Shown one piece after another: positions 20,811-30,351 of a stretch of 64,000 bases of DNA (positions are counted from its first letter, which is position 1; each line of letters starts with the position of its first letter). The notes below the pieces were generated by a model that made no database searches, was not told the origin of the DNA, and saw only the letters and a program-made list of their open reading frames with translations. The stretch comes from Candidatus Saccharimonadia bacterium (GTDB lineage: Bacteria > Patescibacteriota > SICC01). The position numbers and the translations under genes are program-made. The DNA is taken from contig JANWJF010000001.1 of assembly GCA_025449535.1 (NCBI GenBank), forward strand, positions 421,136 through 485,135, given 5' to 3'.

Positions 20811-20825
20811 CGCCAAACCTCCACG

Positions 20826-20928
20826 AGGCCCAGGGAGCTCCGGTGGCGGAACGTCCTGAAGCTGCAGGCAAAAACGGCCGACCAGAAGTCTGATCAGCCA
20901 CGTTCCGCGCCGGACGTTCCCTGGGCCT
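20826..20928 (+). repeat. Long imperfect hairpin element, copy B
   Basis: AGGCCCAGGGAGC-TCCGGT-g-GCGGAACGT-cCTGA [34 nt] TCAG-cc-ACGTTCCGC-GCCGGA-c-GTTCCCTGGGCCT. Confidence 0.85.
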
Positions 20929-21380
20929 TACTCTTCCGTCTTCTTGATCATCACCCGACGGCCACCGCCCTCGCCGATGGACTCGGTGGTCACCTCCGGG
21001 TCGTCGCGGAGTTCCACGTGCACGAGGCGCCGTTCGTACGAGGTCATCGGCGCCAGCACCGCCAGCCGACCGGTCTTCTTCACTTCCTCGGCCTTGGCCT
21101 TGGCGGTCTCCTTGAGCTGCTCCTGCTGGCGGCTCCGGTAGCCGTCGACGTCGACGATCGCGGTCGGCGATCCGCCGGCCCGCGCGGTCATCACCCGCAG
21201 CACGTGCTGGAGGGACCGGACGACCTCGCCCCGGTGGCCGATCAGCGCGCCCGGGTCCTCGGCGCCGATCTCCAGCAGCGGCGGATCGTCCTCGCGCTGC
21301 TCCACCGTGGCATCGATGCCCATCTTGGCCAGGATCTCGGCCAAAATCTCGCGGGGCTGGGTCAGGGTCTTCGTGGTCAC
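20928..21380 (-). CDS. jag: Jag/KhpB (EloR) RNA-binding protein, KH plus R3H domains
   Basis: GALIGHRGE, VDVDGYR, PMTSYERRLVH, TESIGEG; lies in the yidC operon. Confidence 0.9.
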   Translation of the reverse strand: MTTKTLTQPREILAEILAKMGIDATVEQREDDPPLLEIGAEDPGALIGHRGEVVRSLQHVLRVMTARAGGSPTAIVDVDGYRSRQQEQLKETAKAKAEEVKKTGRLAVLAPMTSYERRLVHVELRDDPEVTTESIGEGGGRRVMIKKTEE

Positions 21381-22219
21381 TTACCGCTCCGCTTCCGGAC
21401 GGTCACGTTGGCGCCGCCCTTCTTCTTCACCGTACCCTTGCCTTCGATCACCTTGGTCTTCTTGGCCTTGCCGTCCACCGGATCATCGGGGTTCGCGACG
21501 TTCCAGTCCTTCTCCGCCTCGGCCTTGGCCGTAGCCAACGGCATCTTCTTGATGATGTAGTACTGCTGGGCGATGGTGAAGATCGTCGAACTGGCCCAGT
21601 AGAGCGGCAGCGCCGCCGGCAGCGTCACCGAGAAGACCAGGGTCAGGATCGGGAAGAGCAGCATCATCTGCCGGTTCATGCCGGGCATTTCCACGCCCTT
21701 CGGCGTCAGCATGCGCGATTGCCAGTACATCACCCCCGCGGTGACCATGCCAAGGATGACGTTGGAAGGATGGACGCCGACGGTCGAGAGATCGAGCACG
21801 CCGAGGAAGGTCGGGTCGACCGTGCCCGGGTTGGCGACGAACGAATAGAGGTGGTCGAAGGCCTTGCCGGCGACGAGGTCCTTGATCGCGAAGAAGATCA
21901 CGATCAGGAAGGGGATCTGGACCAGCGTCGGCAGGCAGGAGGAGGTCGGGTTGATGCCTTCCTTCTTGTAGAAGGCCATCATCTCCTTGGCGAGCGTCTC
22001 ACGGTCGTCCTTGTGCTTCGCCTGGAGCTTCTTCAGCTCGGGCTGCAGCGCCTGCATCCGCCGCTGGGCCTTGAAGGCCTTGGCGGAGAACGGTCCGACG
22101 GCGATCCGGACCGCCAGCGTCACCAGGATGATCGCGATGCCGAAGTCGCCGGTCAGGTTATAGAGCCCCACCAGGGCGTTGAATATCGGGTCGAAGAATA
22201 TCGTCTTGAGCAAGTCCAT
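21377..22219 (-). CDS. yidC: Membrane protein insertase YidC
   Basis: FGIAIILVT, MQALQPEL, INPTSSCLPTLVQIP, LYW; canonical synteny. Confidence 0.95.
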   Translation of the reverse strand: MDLLKTIFFDPIFNALVGLYNLTGDFGIAIILVTLAVRIAVGPFSAKAFKAQRRMQALQPELKKLQAKHKDDRETLAKEMMAFYKKEGINPTSSCLPTLVQIPFLIVIFFAIKDLVAGKAFDHLYSFVANPGTVDPTFLGVLDLSTVGVHPSNVILGMVTAGVMYWQSRMLTPKGVEMPGMNRQMMLLFPILTLVFSVTLPAALPLYWASSTIFTIAQQYYIIKKMPLATAKAEAEKDWNVANPDDPVDGKAKKTKVIEGKGTVKKKGGANVTVRKRSGK

Positions 22220-22222
22220 GGA

Positions 22223-22459
22223 TTACCTCCGTACCGGATCGAAGCCGCCGGCCGCGTGCGGGTGGCAGCGGGCGATCCGCTTAGTTGCAAGTCTGGTCCC
22301 TTCGATAAGTCCGTGCCGGTCGATCGCCTGCTTGGCGTACTCCGAGCAGGTCGGATGGAAGCGGCAGGTGCCGTACGGCTTACGCGACCGCAGCCAGCCG
22401 TGGTCGGCGGACAGGGTCTTCTGATAGACGCTGATCAGGATGACGGCGAACCGCTTCAT
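22223..22459 (-). CDS. yidD: Membrane protein insertion efficiency factor YidD
   Basis: CRFHPTCSEYA..RCHP..GGFDPV. Confidence 0.95.
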   Translation of the reverse strand: MKRFAVILISVYQKTLSADHGWLRSRKPYGTCRFHPTCSEYAKQAIDRHGLIEGTRLATKRIARCHPHAAGGFDPVRR

Positions 22460-22809
22460 CGGAGCGCCCCCGCCTGCTTCAGCAGCCCCTCGAGTTCCGT
22501 GCGGAGCTCGTCGGAGCCGGCCCTGGTCGCCGGGCGCTTCGCCGAGACGACGATCTCGACCGCGGCCAGGTCCAGGCCGCGGATAATCTCCCGGAGCCGA
22601 CGGCGCACGCGGTTGCGGTCGGTCGCCTTCAGGCTGACCGTTTTGCCAACGGTGAAGCCCGCCTTGGCCCGATCCGCGTCGGCGGCCCGGACGGACAGGA
22701 GCTTCCCGTGGGCCGCGCGGCCCACGGCGAACACCCGATCGAACTCCGCGCGGGTCCGGAGCCGGTTCGTCCGGTCGGCTTGTCCGGACGGGTAAGGCCT
22801 CGCCAGCAT
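22456..22809 (-). CDS. rnpA: Ribonuclease P protein component
   Basis: RLR..EFDRVF, GFTVGKTV..ATDRNRVRRRLRE (RNR motif). Start approximate. Confidence 0.9.
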   Translation of the reverse strand: MLARPYPSGQADRTNRLRTRAEFDRVFAVGRAAHGKLLSVRAADADRAKAGFTVGKTVSLKATDRNRVRRRLREIIRGLDLAAVEIVVSAKRPATRAGSDELRTELEGLLKQAGALR

Positions 22810-22823
22810 CAGCGCTCCCGCGA

Positions 22824-22967
22824 TCACCCGTTCACCGTCAGGCGCTTGCGCCCTTTGGCCCGCCGACGGGCCAGGACCGCTTGGCCGTCCTTGGTCCGCA
22901 TGCGCTTCCGGAACCCGTGCTTGCGGGCCCGTCGGCGCTTGGACGGTTGGTACGTTCGTTTGACCAT
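22824..22967 (-). CDS. rpmH: 50S ribosomal protein L34
   Basis: [43 protein letters not shown]. Confidence 0.97.
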   Translation of the reverse strand: MVKRTYQPSKRRRARKHGFRKRMRTKDGQAVLARRRAKGRKRLTVNG

Positions 22968-23123
22968 ACCCAGACAGTATACCCAACTTTGCCCGGCCGC
23001 TCCGGCATCTCCGCCCGGATGGCCGGACGCCGCCGATGCCGGCGTCGTGTATCCTGTGAATTGTCTGGTATCATTGCTAAGCCGACAGCAGAGACCGACC
23101 GCTGTCACATCCCAAACGCATCT

Positions 23124-24470
23124 ATGGACCCCAAAAAAATTTGGCAGGCCGTTCTTGGTGAACTTCAGGTGACGATGTCACGTCCTAACTTCTCGACATG
23201 GCTGAAGAACACGGAACTGCTGGATATCCGCGGCACCACCGCCCAGATTATGGTCCCGAGCGTCTTCGCCAAAGAGTGGCTGAAGCGCAAGTTCAACGAG
23301 GACATCCTCGCCGCCTTGCAAAAACAGGTCCCAGAGGTGGGCAAGCTCGACTTCCGGATCGGTCGGCCGCAGGAGACTCCGTCGAAGGGGGCCGCTCCCT
23401 CGGAAACGGACGACTTCGAACCCGCCCCGGCTCCCATGGCGAACGTCGCCAAGCCGACCCCCCAGGTCCGCTGCACGTTCGACAACTTCGTCGTCTCGAA
23501 CTCCAACCAGCTAGCCCACGCCGCGGCCAAGGCGGTCGCCCAGAACCCCGGCACCACCTACAACCCGTTGTTCATCTACGGACCGGTGGGGCTCGGCAAG
23601 ACCCATCTGATCCGGGCGATCGGCACGGAGATCCGCCACCGCACGGACAAGGAGGTCCTCTACGTCACCGCCGAGAAGTTCACCAACGAGGTGATCTCGG
23701 CGATCCAGGCCAATAAGACCGCCCGGCTCAAGAGCCGCTACCGCAAGGTAGACGTCCTGATGATCGACGACATCCAGTTCATGGCCGGCAAGGTCCAGAC
23801 CCAGGAGGAATTCTTCCATACGTTCAACGCGCTCCGCGACGCGGAGAAGCAGATCGTCCTGACCTCCGACCGTCCGCCGAAGGCGATCGCCACGCTCGAG
23901 GAGCGGCTGATGAGCCGCCTCACCATGGGCATGATCGCCGACCTCGGACCGCCGGAACTCGAGACGCGTATCGCGATCCTCCGCACCAAGGCCAAGGAAC
24001 GCGGCTACGACATCTCCGACGAGGTCTGCGAGTTCATCGCCAAGGCGTTCCAGCAGAACGTCCGCGAGCTCGAGGGCGCCTTGATTCGAGTGGCCGCCAA
24101 CGCCGAGCTGATCGGCGAGCCGCTGTCCGTGGAGCTGGCGGAACGCGTGCTCGGCTCGATGTTGGCCTCCCGCGAGCACAAGAAGATCTCCACCGACGAG
24201 GTGCTCGAGGCCGTGGCCAAGTTTTACGACGTCAGTGTGGACGACCTGAAGGGTCCGAAGCGGCTCAAGGAGATCGTCAAACCGCGTCAGATGGTGATGT
24301 ACCTCTTGCGCGAGGAGTCGAACCTGTCTTACCCGAAGATCGGCCGGGAGCTCGGCGGACGCGACCATACCACCGTCATCCACGCCGTCGGCAAGATCGG
24401 CACCGCTACCGAGGTCGACGAGCCGCTCCGCCGTGAGCTCAGCCTGATCAAAGAACGACTCTACGGATAA
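23124..24470 (+). CDS. dnaA: Chromosomal replication initiator DnaA
   Basis: [43 protein letters not shown]. Start MDPKKIWQ. Confidence 0.98.
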   Translation: MDPKKIWQAVLGELQVTMSRPNFSTWLKNTELLDIRGTTAQIMVPSVFAKEWLKRKFNEDILAALQKQVPEVGKLDFRIGRPQETPSKGAAPSETDDFEPAPAPMANVAKPTPQVRCTFDNFVVSNSNQLAHAAAKAVAQNPGTTYNPLFIYGPVGLGKTHLIRAIGTEIRHRTDKEVLYVTAEKFTNEVISAIQANKTARLKSRYRKVDVLMIDDIQFMAGKVQTQEEFFHTFNALRDAEKQIVLTSDRPPKAIATLEERLMSRLTMGMIADLGPPELETRIAILRTKAKERGYDISDEVCEFIAKAFQQNVRELEGALIRVAANAELIGEPLSVELAERVLGSMLASREHKKISTDEVLEAVAKFYDVSVDDLKGPKRLKEIVKPRQMVMYLLREESNLSYPKIGRELGGRDHTTVIHAVGKIGTATEVDEPLRRELSLIKERLYG

Positions 24471-24738
24471 CCATGTTGAGAACCATGTGTATGACCTGGG
24501 AATCAGTTGTGTATCCCGGGTACGTTTCTGTGGGTGAATCCGAACCGATTCGGCACGTCAGGTTTGCCTCTGGATTATCGACGCGTCATCCACAGGGCGA
24601 TGGGGATGGCGATTCGTTATGATAGAGATACTTTCCGACGCTTTCCCCGTTTCCCCAGAACCTACTGCAACTACTGGATTTATATAAGAAAGGAATCACC
24701 CGGGATGTGCATAGCCTAATCTCGAACCGGCACTGTGT
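24471..24738. other. Replication origin oriC (dnaA-dnaN intergenic)
   Basis: Degenerate DnaA boxes (TGTGTATGA 24486, TGTGGGTGA ~24529, TCATCCACA 24586, TTCCCCAGA 24651, TGTGCATAG ~24706), trio-like CTACTGCAACTACTG at 24662-24676, then AT-rich ATTTATATAAGAAA. Confidence 0.8.
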
Positions 24739-25830
24739 ATGAAACTCGTAACCACTCAAGACCAACTCGCCAAGGCCCTCAGCTCCGTCAGCCGGATGGT
24801 GAACCCACGCGGCACCCTGTCCGTGCTGGCCAACGTCCTGCTTGAGACCAAGGACGGCCGACTCCGGATCTCCTCCACCAACCTCGAACTGGGGATCGAC
24901 TACTCGATTGGGGCGAAGATCGAGCAGGGGGGGTCGATCACCGTTCCCGCCCGGTTGTTCACCGACTATGTGAACAACCTCGGCGAGGAGAAGCTTGAGC
25001 TGTCGACCAAGGACCAGACCCTGGTGATCAAGAGCACCGGCGCGCAGTCGACGATCAACGGCATCGCCGCCAGCGAATTCCCGGTGATCCCGGAAGTGAA
25101 GGACGGCAAGTCGGTCACCGTGTCCGCCGCCGGCATCAAGGACATCATCCAGAAGGTCGCGATCGCGGCCGCCAGCGACGAGACGCGGCCGATCCTCTCC
25201 GGCGTCCTCTTCCACTTCAAGGACCCGGAGCTCAAGGTCGCGGCCACCGACAGCTACCGGTTGGCGGAACTATCGATGCAATTCGAGAAGTCCGCGCCGG
25301 AGGAGCTCAAGGTCGTCGTACCGGCCAAGGCGCTGGCGGAGCTGGGACGCATCGTCGAGACGGAGGAAGTCACCGTCCGGACGGCCGAGAACCAGGTCCA
25401 GTTCGAGACCGAGCACGTCCGGCTGGTCAGCCGGCTGCTCGAAGGCGAGTTCCCCAAGTACGACCAGATCGTCCCCGAGAAGCTGACCACCAAGGCGGTC
25501 GTGAAGCGCGAGGAGTTGATGGGCAAGATCCGGATCGCCTCGCTGTTCTCCGAGGACGCGGGGTTCGGCGTACGGCTCTCGTTCGTCGCTCCCGGCAAGG
25601 TCGAGGTCGCCGCGGAGACGGCCCAGGTCGGCGATTCGCACAGTTCGCTGTCCGGCAAGGTCAGCGGCCCGGAGAACACCGTCGCGTTCAACGCGCGGTA
25701 CCTGCTGGACGGCCTCAATGCCGTCGGCGGCGAGACGATTACGGTCGAGAGCGATGGCAAGCTGAACCCCTGCGTGGTCCGCGGCAAGGCCAAGGATTAC
25801 CTCTACGTCGTGATGCCGCTGCGGGTGTGA
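24739..25830 (+). CDS. dnaN: DNA polymerase III beta sliding clamp
   Basis: STNLELGI, SDETRPILSGV, ATDSYRLAE, SRLLEGEFPKY, FNARYLLD, VVMPLR. Confidence 0.97.
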   Translation: MKLVTTQDQLAKALSSVSRMVNPRGTLSVLANVLLETKDGRLRISSTNLELGIDYSIGAKIEQGGSITVPARLFTDYVNNLGEEKLELSTKDQTLVIKSTGAQSTINGIAASEFPVIPEVKDGKSVTVSAAGIKDIIQKVAIAAASDETRPILSGVLFHFKDPELKVAATDSYRLAELSMQFEKSAPEELKVVVPAKALAELGRIVETEEVTVRTAENQVQFETEHVRLVSRLLEGEFPKYDQIVPEKLTTKAVVKREELMGKIRIASLFSEDAGFGVRLSFVAPGKVEVAAETAQVGDSHSSLSGKVSGPENTVAFNARYLLDGLNAVGGETITVESDGKLNPCVVRGKAKDYLYVVMPLRV

Positions 25831-25852
25831 GCGGACGCGGTAGACTGAGAGT

Positions 25853-26944
25853 ATCGCGCTTACCCTCACCAAACTGACGCTCCGTAACTTCCGTAGTTAC
25901 CGGCAAGCGGCGTTCTCGTTCGCGCCGCGGACGGTGATCGTCGGACCCAACGCTGCCGGCAAGACCAACCTCCTGGAAGCGGCGTTCCTGTTCTCCGCCG
26001 GCAAAAGCTTCCGGGCCGGTCGGGAGTCGGAGATGGTGACCTGGGGGGAATCGACAGCCCGGGTGGAGGCCGCGTTCGCAGGCGGGTCCCGGCATAAGGC
26101 GGCTCTCACGCTGGACGCGTCCGGCCGGGTGATCAGGAAGTCGTTCGAGCTCGATGGCAAGGCCAAGCCGACCAAGGAGCTGCGGCGCCGGTTCCCGATG
26201 GTGCTCTTCTCGGCCGAGGACGGCCGGTTGGTGGACGGCTCGCCGGGCCGCCGCCGACGGGCGCTGGACCTGGTGGTCGGCCAGGGGTCGGCGGCCTACC
26301 AGGACGCGCTCTCGAAGTACAACCGGGCGTTGGCTTCCCGGAATCGGTTGCTCGAGCAGATCGCGGCGCGGGAGGCGTCCGAGGCCGAGCTCGACGTCTG
26401 GGACGTGCAGTTGGCCGAAGCCGGCACACAAGTGGTCGACGGGCGCGCGGAATACGTCGGTTCGTCCGCGGATCCGCTGCGGAACGCATACGACGCGTTG
26501 ACCAAGCGATCGGGCCACGCCGCCGGCCGGTTGTCGGTCGCCTACGAGCCGGTCGCGGACTTCGAGGCGCTACTGCGCTCCCGACGCGGCCAGGACATCG
26601 CCATCGGGACCACCTCCGCCGGCCCGCATCGCGACGACTGGTCGATCCTGCTCGACGGCCGGGCTTTGGCCTCGTTCGGGTCGGGCGGCGAGTTCCGGAG
26701 CGCCGCGCTGGCCTGGCGACTGGCGGAAGCGGCCTGGCTGGCGGCGGTCACGGAGCGGGAGCCGATCCTGCTGCTCGACGACGTCTTCTCCGAGCTTGAC
26801 CACGCCCGCGCGAAATCGCTCCAAGACGCCTTGCCGGACGGACAGTCGGTGATCACCACCCCGGAGCCGTCCGAGGTCCCTGGCGCCCTGCGCGAGGGGG
26901 CCGAGGTAATCGAGATAGAACCGAAGGAGCGGGTCGATGCGTAA
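25853..26944 (+). CDS. recF: DNA replication/repair protein RecF (probable non-canonical ATC start)
   Basis: LTKLTLRNFRSY, GPNAAGKTNLLEA, GPHRDD, GSGGEFRS, LLLDDVFSELD. No ATG/GTG/TTG lies between the in-frame TAG at 25841 and the NFRSY motif. Confidence 0.93.
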   Translation: MALTLTKLTLRNFRSYRQAAFSFAPRTVIVGPNAAGKTNLLEAAFLFSAGKSFRAGRESEMVTWGESTARVEAAFAGGSRHKAALTLDASGRVIRKSFELDGKAKPTKELRRRFPMVLFSAEDGRLVDGSPGRRRRALDLVVGQGSAAYQDALSKYNRALASRNRLLEQIAAREASEAELDVWDVQLAEAGTQVVDGRAEYVGSSADPLRNAYDALTKRSGHAAGRLSVAYEPVADFEALLRSRRGQDIAIGTTSAGPHRDDWSILLDGRALASFGSGGEFRSAALAWRLAEAAWLAAVTEREPILLLDDVFSELDHARAKSLQDALPDGQSVITTPEPSEVPGALREGAEVIEIEPKERVDA

Positions 26945-27275
26945 GGGAACGGGCTTCCGGACCGTCTCCGACCTGCTTCCCGACCGGCTCAACCGGCTGC
27001 GCATCCGTAAGCCCGTGGAGGCCAGCGCGGTTTGCCGCGCCTGCGACGCTGCGCTCGGCAAGACGTTCGACCACGGCGTGCCGATGCGGGCCGTCTCCTT
27101 CCGGAACGGCACGGTGAACGTGGCGGTGATCAGCCCGGCCTGGTCGCACGAACTGACCGCGGCTGCCGACGAGGTCATCGAGCATACCAACACGGAACTT
27201 GGAAAGAAGGCCGTGACGAAGCTCCGCACACGGGTGGCGCCAGGACTGGCCCGCGGCGAGGATCAGATCACTTAG
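26937..27275 (+). CDS. DciA / DUF721 family protein
   Basis: Follows recF; FRNGTVNVAVISPAWSHEL pattern. Confidence 0.75.
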   Translation: MRKGTGFRTVSDLLPDRLNRLRIRKPVEASAVCRACDAALGKTFDHGVPMRAVSFRNGTVNVAVISPAWSHELTAAADEVIEHTNTELGKKAVTKLRTRVAPGLARGEDQIT

Positions 27276-27622
27276 AGCCGCTTGAACTGGTCGACGTCGA
27301 GCACGAAGACGGTCGCGCCGCCGACGGTCACGTCCACCGGGTCGGCCATATAGAAGTCGCCCGGCCCGCCCATGGTCGGAGTCGGGGCCAGCGTCTCCTC
27401 GTGGCTCCTGGCCGATTTGCCGACGATCTCGCAGACCTTCGCGACGTTCTTCGGTTCTGTGCCGACCAGGATGATCGCGTTCTTCTCCTTGAGGAACCCG
27501 CCGACCGAGTCGATCCGAGTCGCCCGGAAATCACCCTTGGTCAGCGCGGCGACGGTCTTCTCGGCGTCGTCCTTGCTGACGATCGCGAGCACGAGCTTCA
27601 TCTGCTTGCCGGCTGGACTCAT
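27272..27622 (-). CDS. Cyclic-di-AMP receptor (PII-like PstA/DarA family)
   Basis: MKLVLAIVSKDDA..FRATRI.S.GGFLK..N..ILVG and V.VGGATVFVLDVDQF. Confidence 0.85.
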   Translation of the reverse strand: MSPAGKQMKLVLAIVSKDDAEKTVAALTKGDFRATRIDSVGGFLKEKNAIILVGTEPKNVAKVCEIVGKSARSHEETLAPTPTMGGPGDFYMADPVDVTVGGATVFVLDVDQFKRL

Positions 27623-27644
27623 GCCTCAAGGGTAGCAGAAGGGC

Positions 27645-28703
27645 TTACTTGGGGAAGTCTATGTGCCAATGCTGGGCACCCGGGCAGACTTCGTAATTGT
27701 TCGTGCCTCCGTATTTCTTGGCGACTTCGTGAATTTTTTCGATATTCCGGGTACTGCACGTGAGGTCCAAGGCCTCGCCGCGGTAATGCGGGGATTCCGC
27801 ACTAGAGTGGCACTTATCGGTGATGTTGCTGATGTCCACGTAGGCTCCTTGGTTCGATGCCTCGATGATCGCCTTGAGGATGTCCGGGTTGACGTCGACG
27901 TTCTTCGGGCCGCCATGTGCACGGCACGTCATCTGGAATTCCTGGCCGTTGGCAGCGCGCTTCAGCTGCGCCATCGTGTCGCCGGTGTCGCTCTTGTAGC
28001 TCTGGCCGATCTTGCCGCCCTTAATCAGGGAAAGGACCTGCTGAGCAAGCTCCTGGACGTTGCCGGATACCGTGCCTCCGCCGGCACCGGGACTGCAGTC
28101 GGCCCCTCTGGTAGTCGACCCCCCGCCTCCGGTGGCGGGGACGTGATGCTTCTCAGCATGCTTCATGACGTCGTCGGCGTAGCCGTACCCGGCAGCCTTT
28201 TTCGTCGGTCCGGCGTTGTATGAAGCCAGCGCGTCCCGCCAGTCGTTCTTCGCATTGAATCCCTTGAGGATCTTGGCGGCAGCGTAGATCGCGTCGGCTT
28301 CGTTCATGATGTCCTTCTTGCCGTCGCCGTCGCCGTCCACGCCATAGGTGTCCCAGTAATCCGAGCCGATGGCCATCGGCCCGACGTAGGGCCCGCTGGT
28401 GGCGACGTTCGTACTGAAGCTGGTCTCGTGGAAGTGGATGCCTGCCAGCATCGACGGTCCCTTGTCGCCAAGGCCGAACTGGGCGGCCGCCCCTTGGTAG
28501 AACGGGATGAACTTGCCTGGAATCGGACCAATGTTGCCTGGTCCGGTAGAACCGTCCCCAGTGTCGGCCACGGTGGACGTGTCGTCAGGGCCGCAGTCCG
28601 CGAGACCGCCGCCGCCGATCGCGAGCGCGAACGCAGCGATGATCAACGGGACGATCAGGACGATCCCCGCTACGAGCAGCCCGATGCCGATCCACTTACT
28701 CAT
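27645..28703 (-). CDS. Membrane-anchored lytic transglycosylase fused to an M15/LAS-type Zn peptidase-like domain
   Basis: TM; IHFHETSF, GPM, DGDGDG, DAIYAAAK, ALASYNAG; C-terminal SPHYRGEALD..HWHID. Confidence 0.75.
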   Translation of the reverse strand: MSKWIGIGLLVAGIVLIVPLIIAAFALAIGGGGLADCGPDDTSTVADTGDGSTGPGNIGPIPGKFIPFYQGAAAQFGLGDKGPSMLAGIHFHETSFSTNVATSGPYVGPMAIGSDYWDTYGVDGDGDGKKDIMNEADAIYAAAKILKGFNAKNDWRDALASYNAGPTKKAAGYGYADDVMKHAEKHHVPATGGGGSTTRGADCSPGAGGGTVSGNVQELAQQVLSLIKGGKIGQSYKSDTGDTMAQLKRAANGQEFQMTCRAHGGPKNVDVNPDILKAIIEASNQGAYVDISNITDKCHSSAESPHYRGEALDLTCSTRNIEKIHEVAKKYGGTNNYEVCPGAQHWHIDFPK

Positions 28704-28758
28704 GGGATCCCTCGTGGCGCGTCTTGCTTGCTGTGTTCGGTGAAATCATGATGCGTCC

Positions 28759-29196
28759 TCAGTACACGTGCGGGGCTTCCGTTTTCATTTTCAGTACATA
28801 CGTGCCCGGGGCTTGCCCTACGTCTTTCAGCCAGCCCTCGATGAACGGACGCTGTTTCCGGATCGCGAACTGCTTGTCCTGTCCCGGCTTCACATAGACC
28901 GTCGCGTCGATCACGAGTTTGCCGTCCCGCCTACCCGAACCCAGGAGTTCCACTCGCCAGTACAGGGTCAGTTTCGGGACCCGGCTGACCACGGGGTTCT
29001 CCTCCTCGGCATCCTCGACGCTTTCCTTGTACACCTTGGTCGCCAGCGGCGACACGCTCGGAGTACCCGAAGGAGACATGGACGGGACGGGGCCAGGCCG
29101 GTTTCCGGAATCCCGTGGCGTCATCGCCACGCCGACCGCGATGGCTGTCGCGAGCGCTCCGCAGGCCAAGACCGTGATGATTACTTTCTTGCGCAT
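28759..29196 (-). CDS. Hypothetical membrane-anchored protein
   Basis: N-terminal hydrophobic segment and Pro/Ser linker; tightly packed in the operon. Confidence 0.7.
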   Translation of the reverse strand: MRKKVIITVLACGALATAIAVGVAMTPRDSGNRPGPVPSMSPSGTPSVSPLATKVYKESVEDAEEENPVVSRVPKLTLYWRVELLGSGRRDGKLVIDATVYVKPGQDKQFAIRKQRPFIEGWLKDVGQAPGTYVLKMKTEAPHVY

Positions 29197-29197
29197 G

Positions 29198-29827
29198 TCA
29201 TTGCTTTGAAACCCCGATATGCACGTGGTCGTAGTGGTCCCCGCCCTCGTCGGTCCGGTAGATCAACTGGAACCGATAGCCGCCTTTGGTGCCGTTCACC
29301 AGGCCGCTTCCGTTCCACTGGATGCCGAAGCAGCTCGCGAGGTCTTCCGCCAGTTGGTCCATTTCCGGCGTGGGGCTGGTGCCGTTGGAAATGTCCGCCG
29401 CCCAAGCCACCTCCGGCGGTCCCTTGTGCTCGGAAGTGTTACCCGACGTGGTCTGCTGCGAGTGGGCGGCGTTCGCCGCTTCGACCGACTCGGGGGTTAC
29501 ATCCTCGAACGCGATTTCGTGCGCTATCGGCAGGGCGACGTCGTCGATGATGTCCTTGGGGGTGCCGGTAAGCTCGCCGCAACTGGCGGATCCTCCCGAT
29601 CCGACCTGCCCGGCGCTTCCCCCGGGTGACGCTCCGGATACCCCGACGATGATCACGCCGATGACCAAGACGAGCACGAGGACGACCAGCGCCACGACCG
29701 CGGCAATCCAGACCGCCGGGTTCGCCAGGAACATCGCCGCTCGGCCAGCTTTTGCCGCTTGTTCGACCTGCTTGACCGCTTTGGCGGCCTGGGCCGCCTG
29801 TCCGGTCCTGCTTTGGTCGTCAGCCAT
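29198..29827 (-). CDS. Membrane-anchored M15/LAS-type Zn peptidase-like protein
   Basis: TM helix, Gly/Ser linker, SEHKG..WAADIS and HYDHVHIG motifs. Confidence 0.65.
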   Translation of the reverse strand: MADDQSRTGQAAQAAKAVKQVEQAAKAGRAAMFLANPAVWIAAVVALVVLVLVLVIGVIIVGVSGASPGGSAGQVGSGGSASCGELTGTPKDIIDDVALPIAHEIAFEDVTPESVEAANAAHSQQTTSGNTSEHKGPPEVAWAADISNGTSPTPEMDQLAEDLASCFGIQWNGSGLVNGTKGGYRFQLIYRTDEGGDHYDHVHIGVSKQ

Positions 29828-29829
29828 GG

Positions 29830-30351
29830 TTACTCCTTACCAAATTCAATGGCATTGATCTCGGTGGCGCTCCAACGTTCACCGAAGCGTCGCCAGGCGA
29901 TCTTCAGCTTCTGCTCGAATACCTTGCCGGTCTTCAGGTCCGTCGAGCGGAGCCGGACGACCGCCGTGGCCGTTCCTTCCGCCGAGCTTCCCGTCACCCG
30001 GGTGTCGAGCGCCTCGCTCCGCACGGGTTGCAGGAACGGCGCCCGGTCGGCGTACCGAAGCGTACTCCGGTAGTCCTCGAAGGCCTGCTTCGTCATGTAG
30101 GGACGGACGCTGTCCACGTACACTTGGTCGACGCGTTCGAAACTCCGGTATTTCACGGCGAACTCGGTGGAAAGTTCGGTGAGCAGTCGGCGGTCTTGCT
30201 CAACCAACGGGTCTGCGGTAGGTGACGGGGAAGCGGAAAGGACCGCTGGCGTCGGCTTCGCGCCGTCCGGGACGGACAGTACCAGCACGGTAATGCCAGC
30301 GACACAGACGGCCGCGGCTACGATCAGCAGGATCTTGAGTTTCTTGTTCAT
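29830..30351 (-). CDS. Single-TM protein, possible VirB8/TcpC-like NTF2 fold
   Basis: TM, Pro/Ser linker, FAVKY.SF..VRPYMT and C-terminal W..TEI; T4SS context. Confidence 0.55.
   Translation of the reverse strand: MNKKLKILLIVAAAVCVAGITVLVLSVPDGAKPTPAVLSASPSPTADPLVEQDRRLLTELSTEFAVKYRSFERVDQVYVDSVRPYMTKQAFEDYRSTLRYADRAPFLQPVRSEALDTRVTGSSAEGTATAVVRLRSTDLKTGKVFEQKLKIAWRRFGERWSATEINAIEFGKE

Noticed and set aside
20712-20928. Integron attC sites
   Set aside because: Bulged hairpins are reminiscent, but RYYYAAC/GTTRRRY ends are not consistent, there is no cassette array and no integrase in the window.
23002-23042. CCGGCATC/GATGCCGG hairpin between rpmH and dnaA
   Set aside because: Only an 8 bp stem in GC-rich DNA, and it lacks the family core motif.
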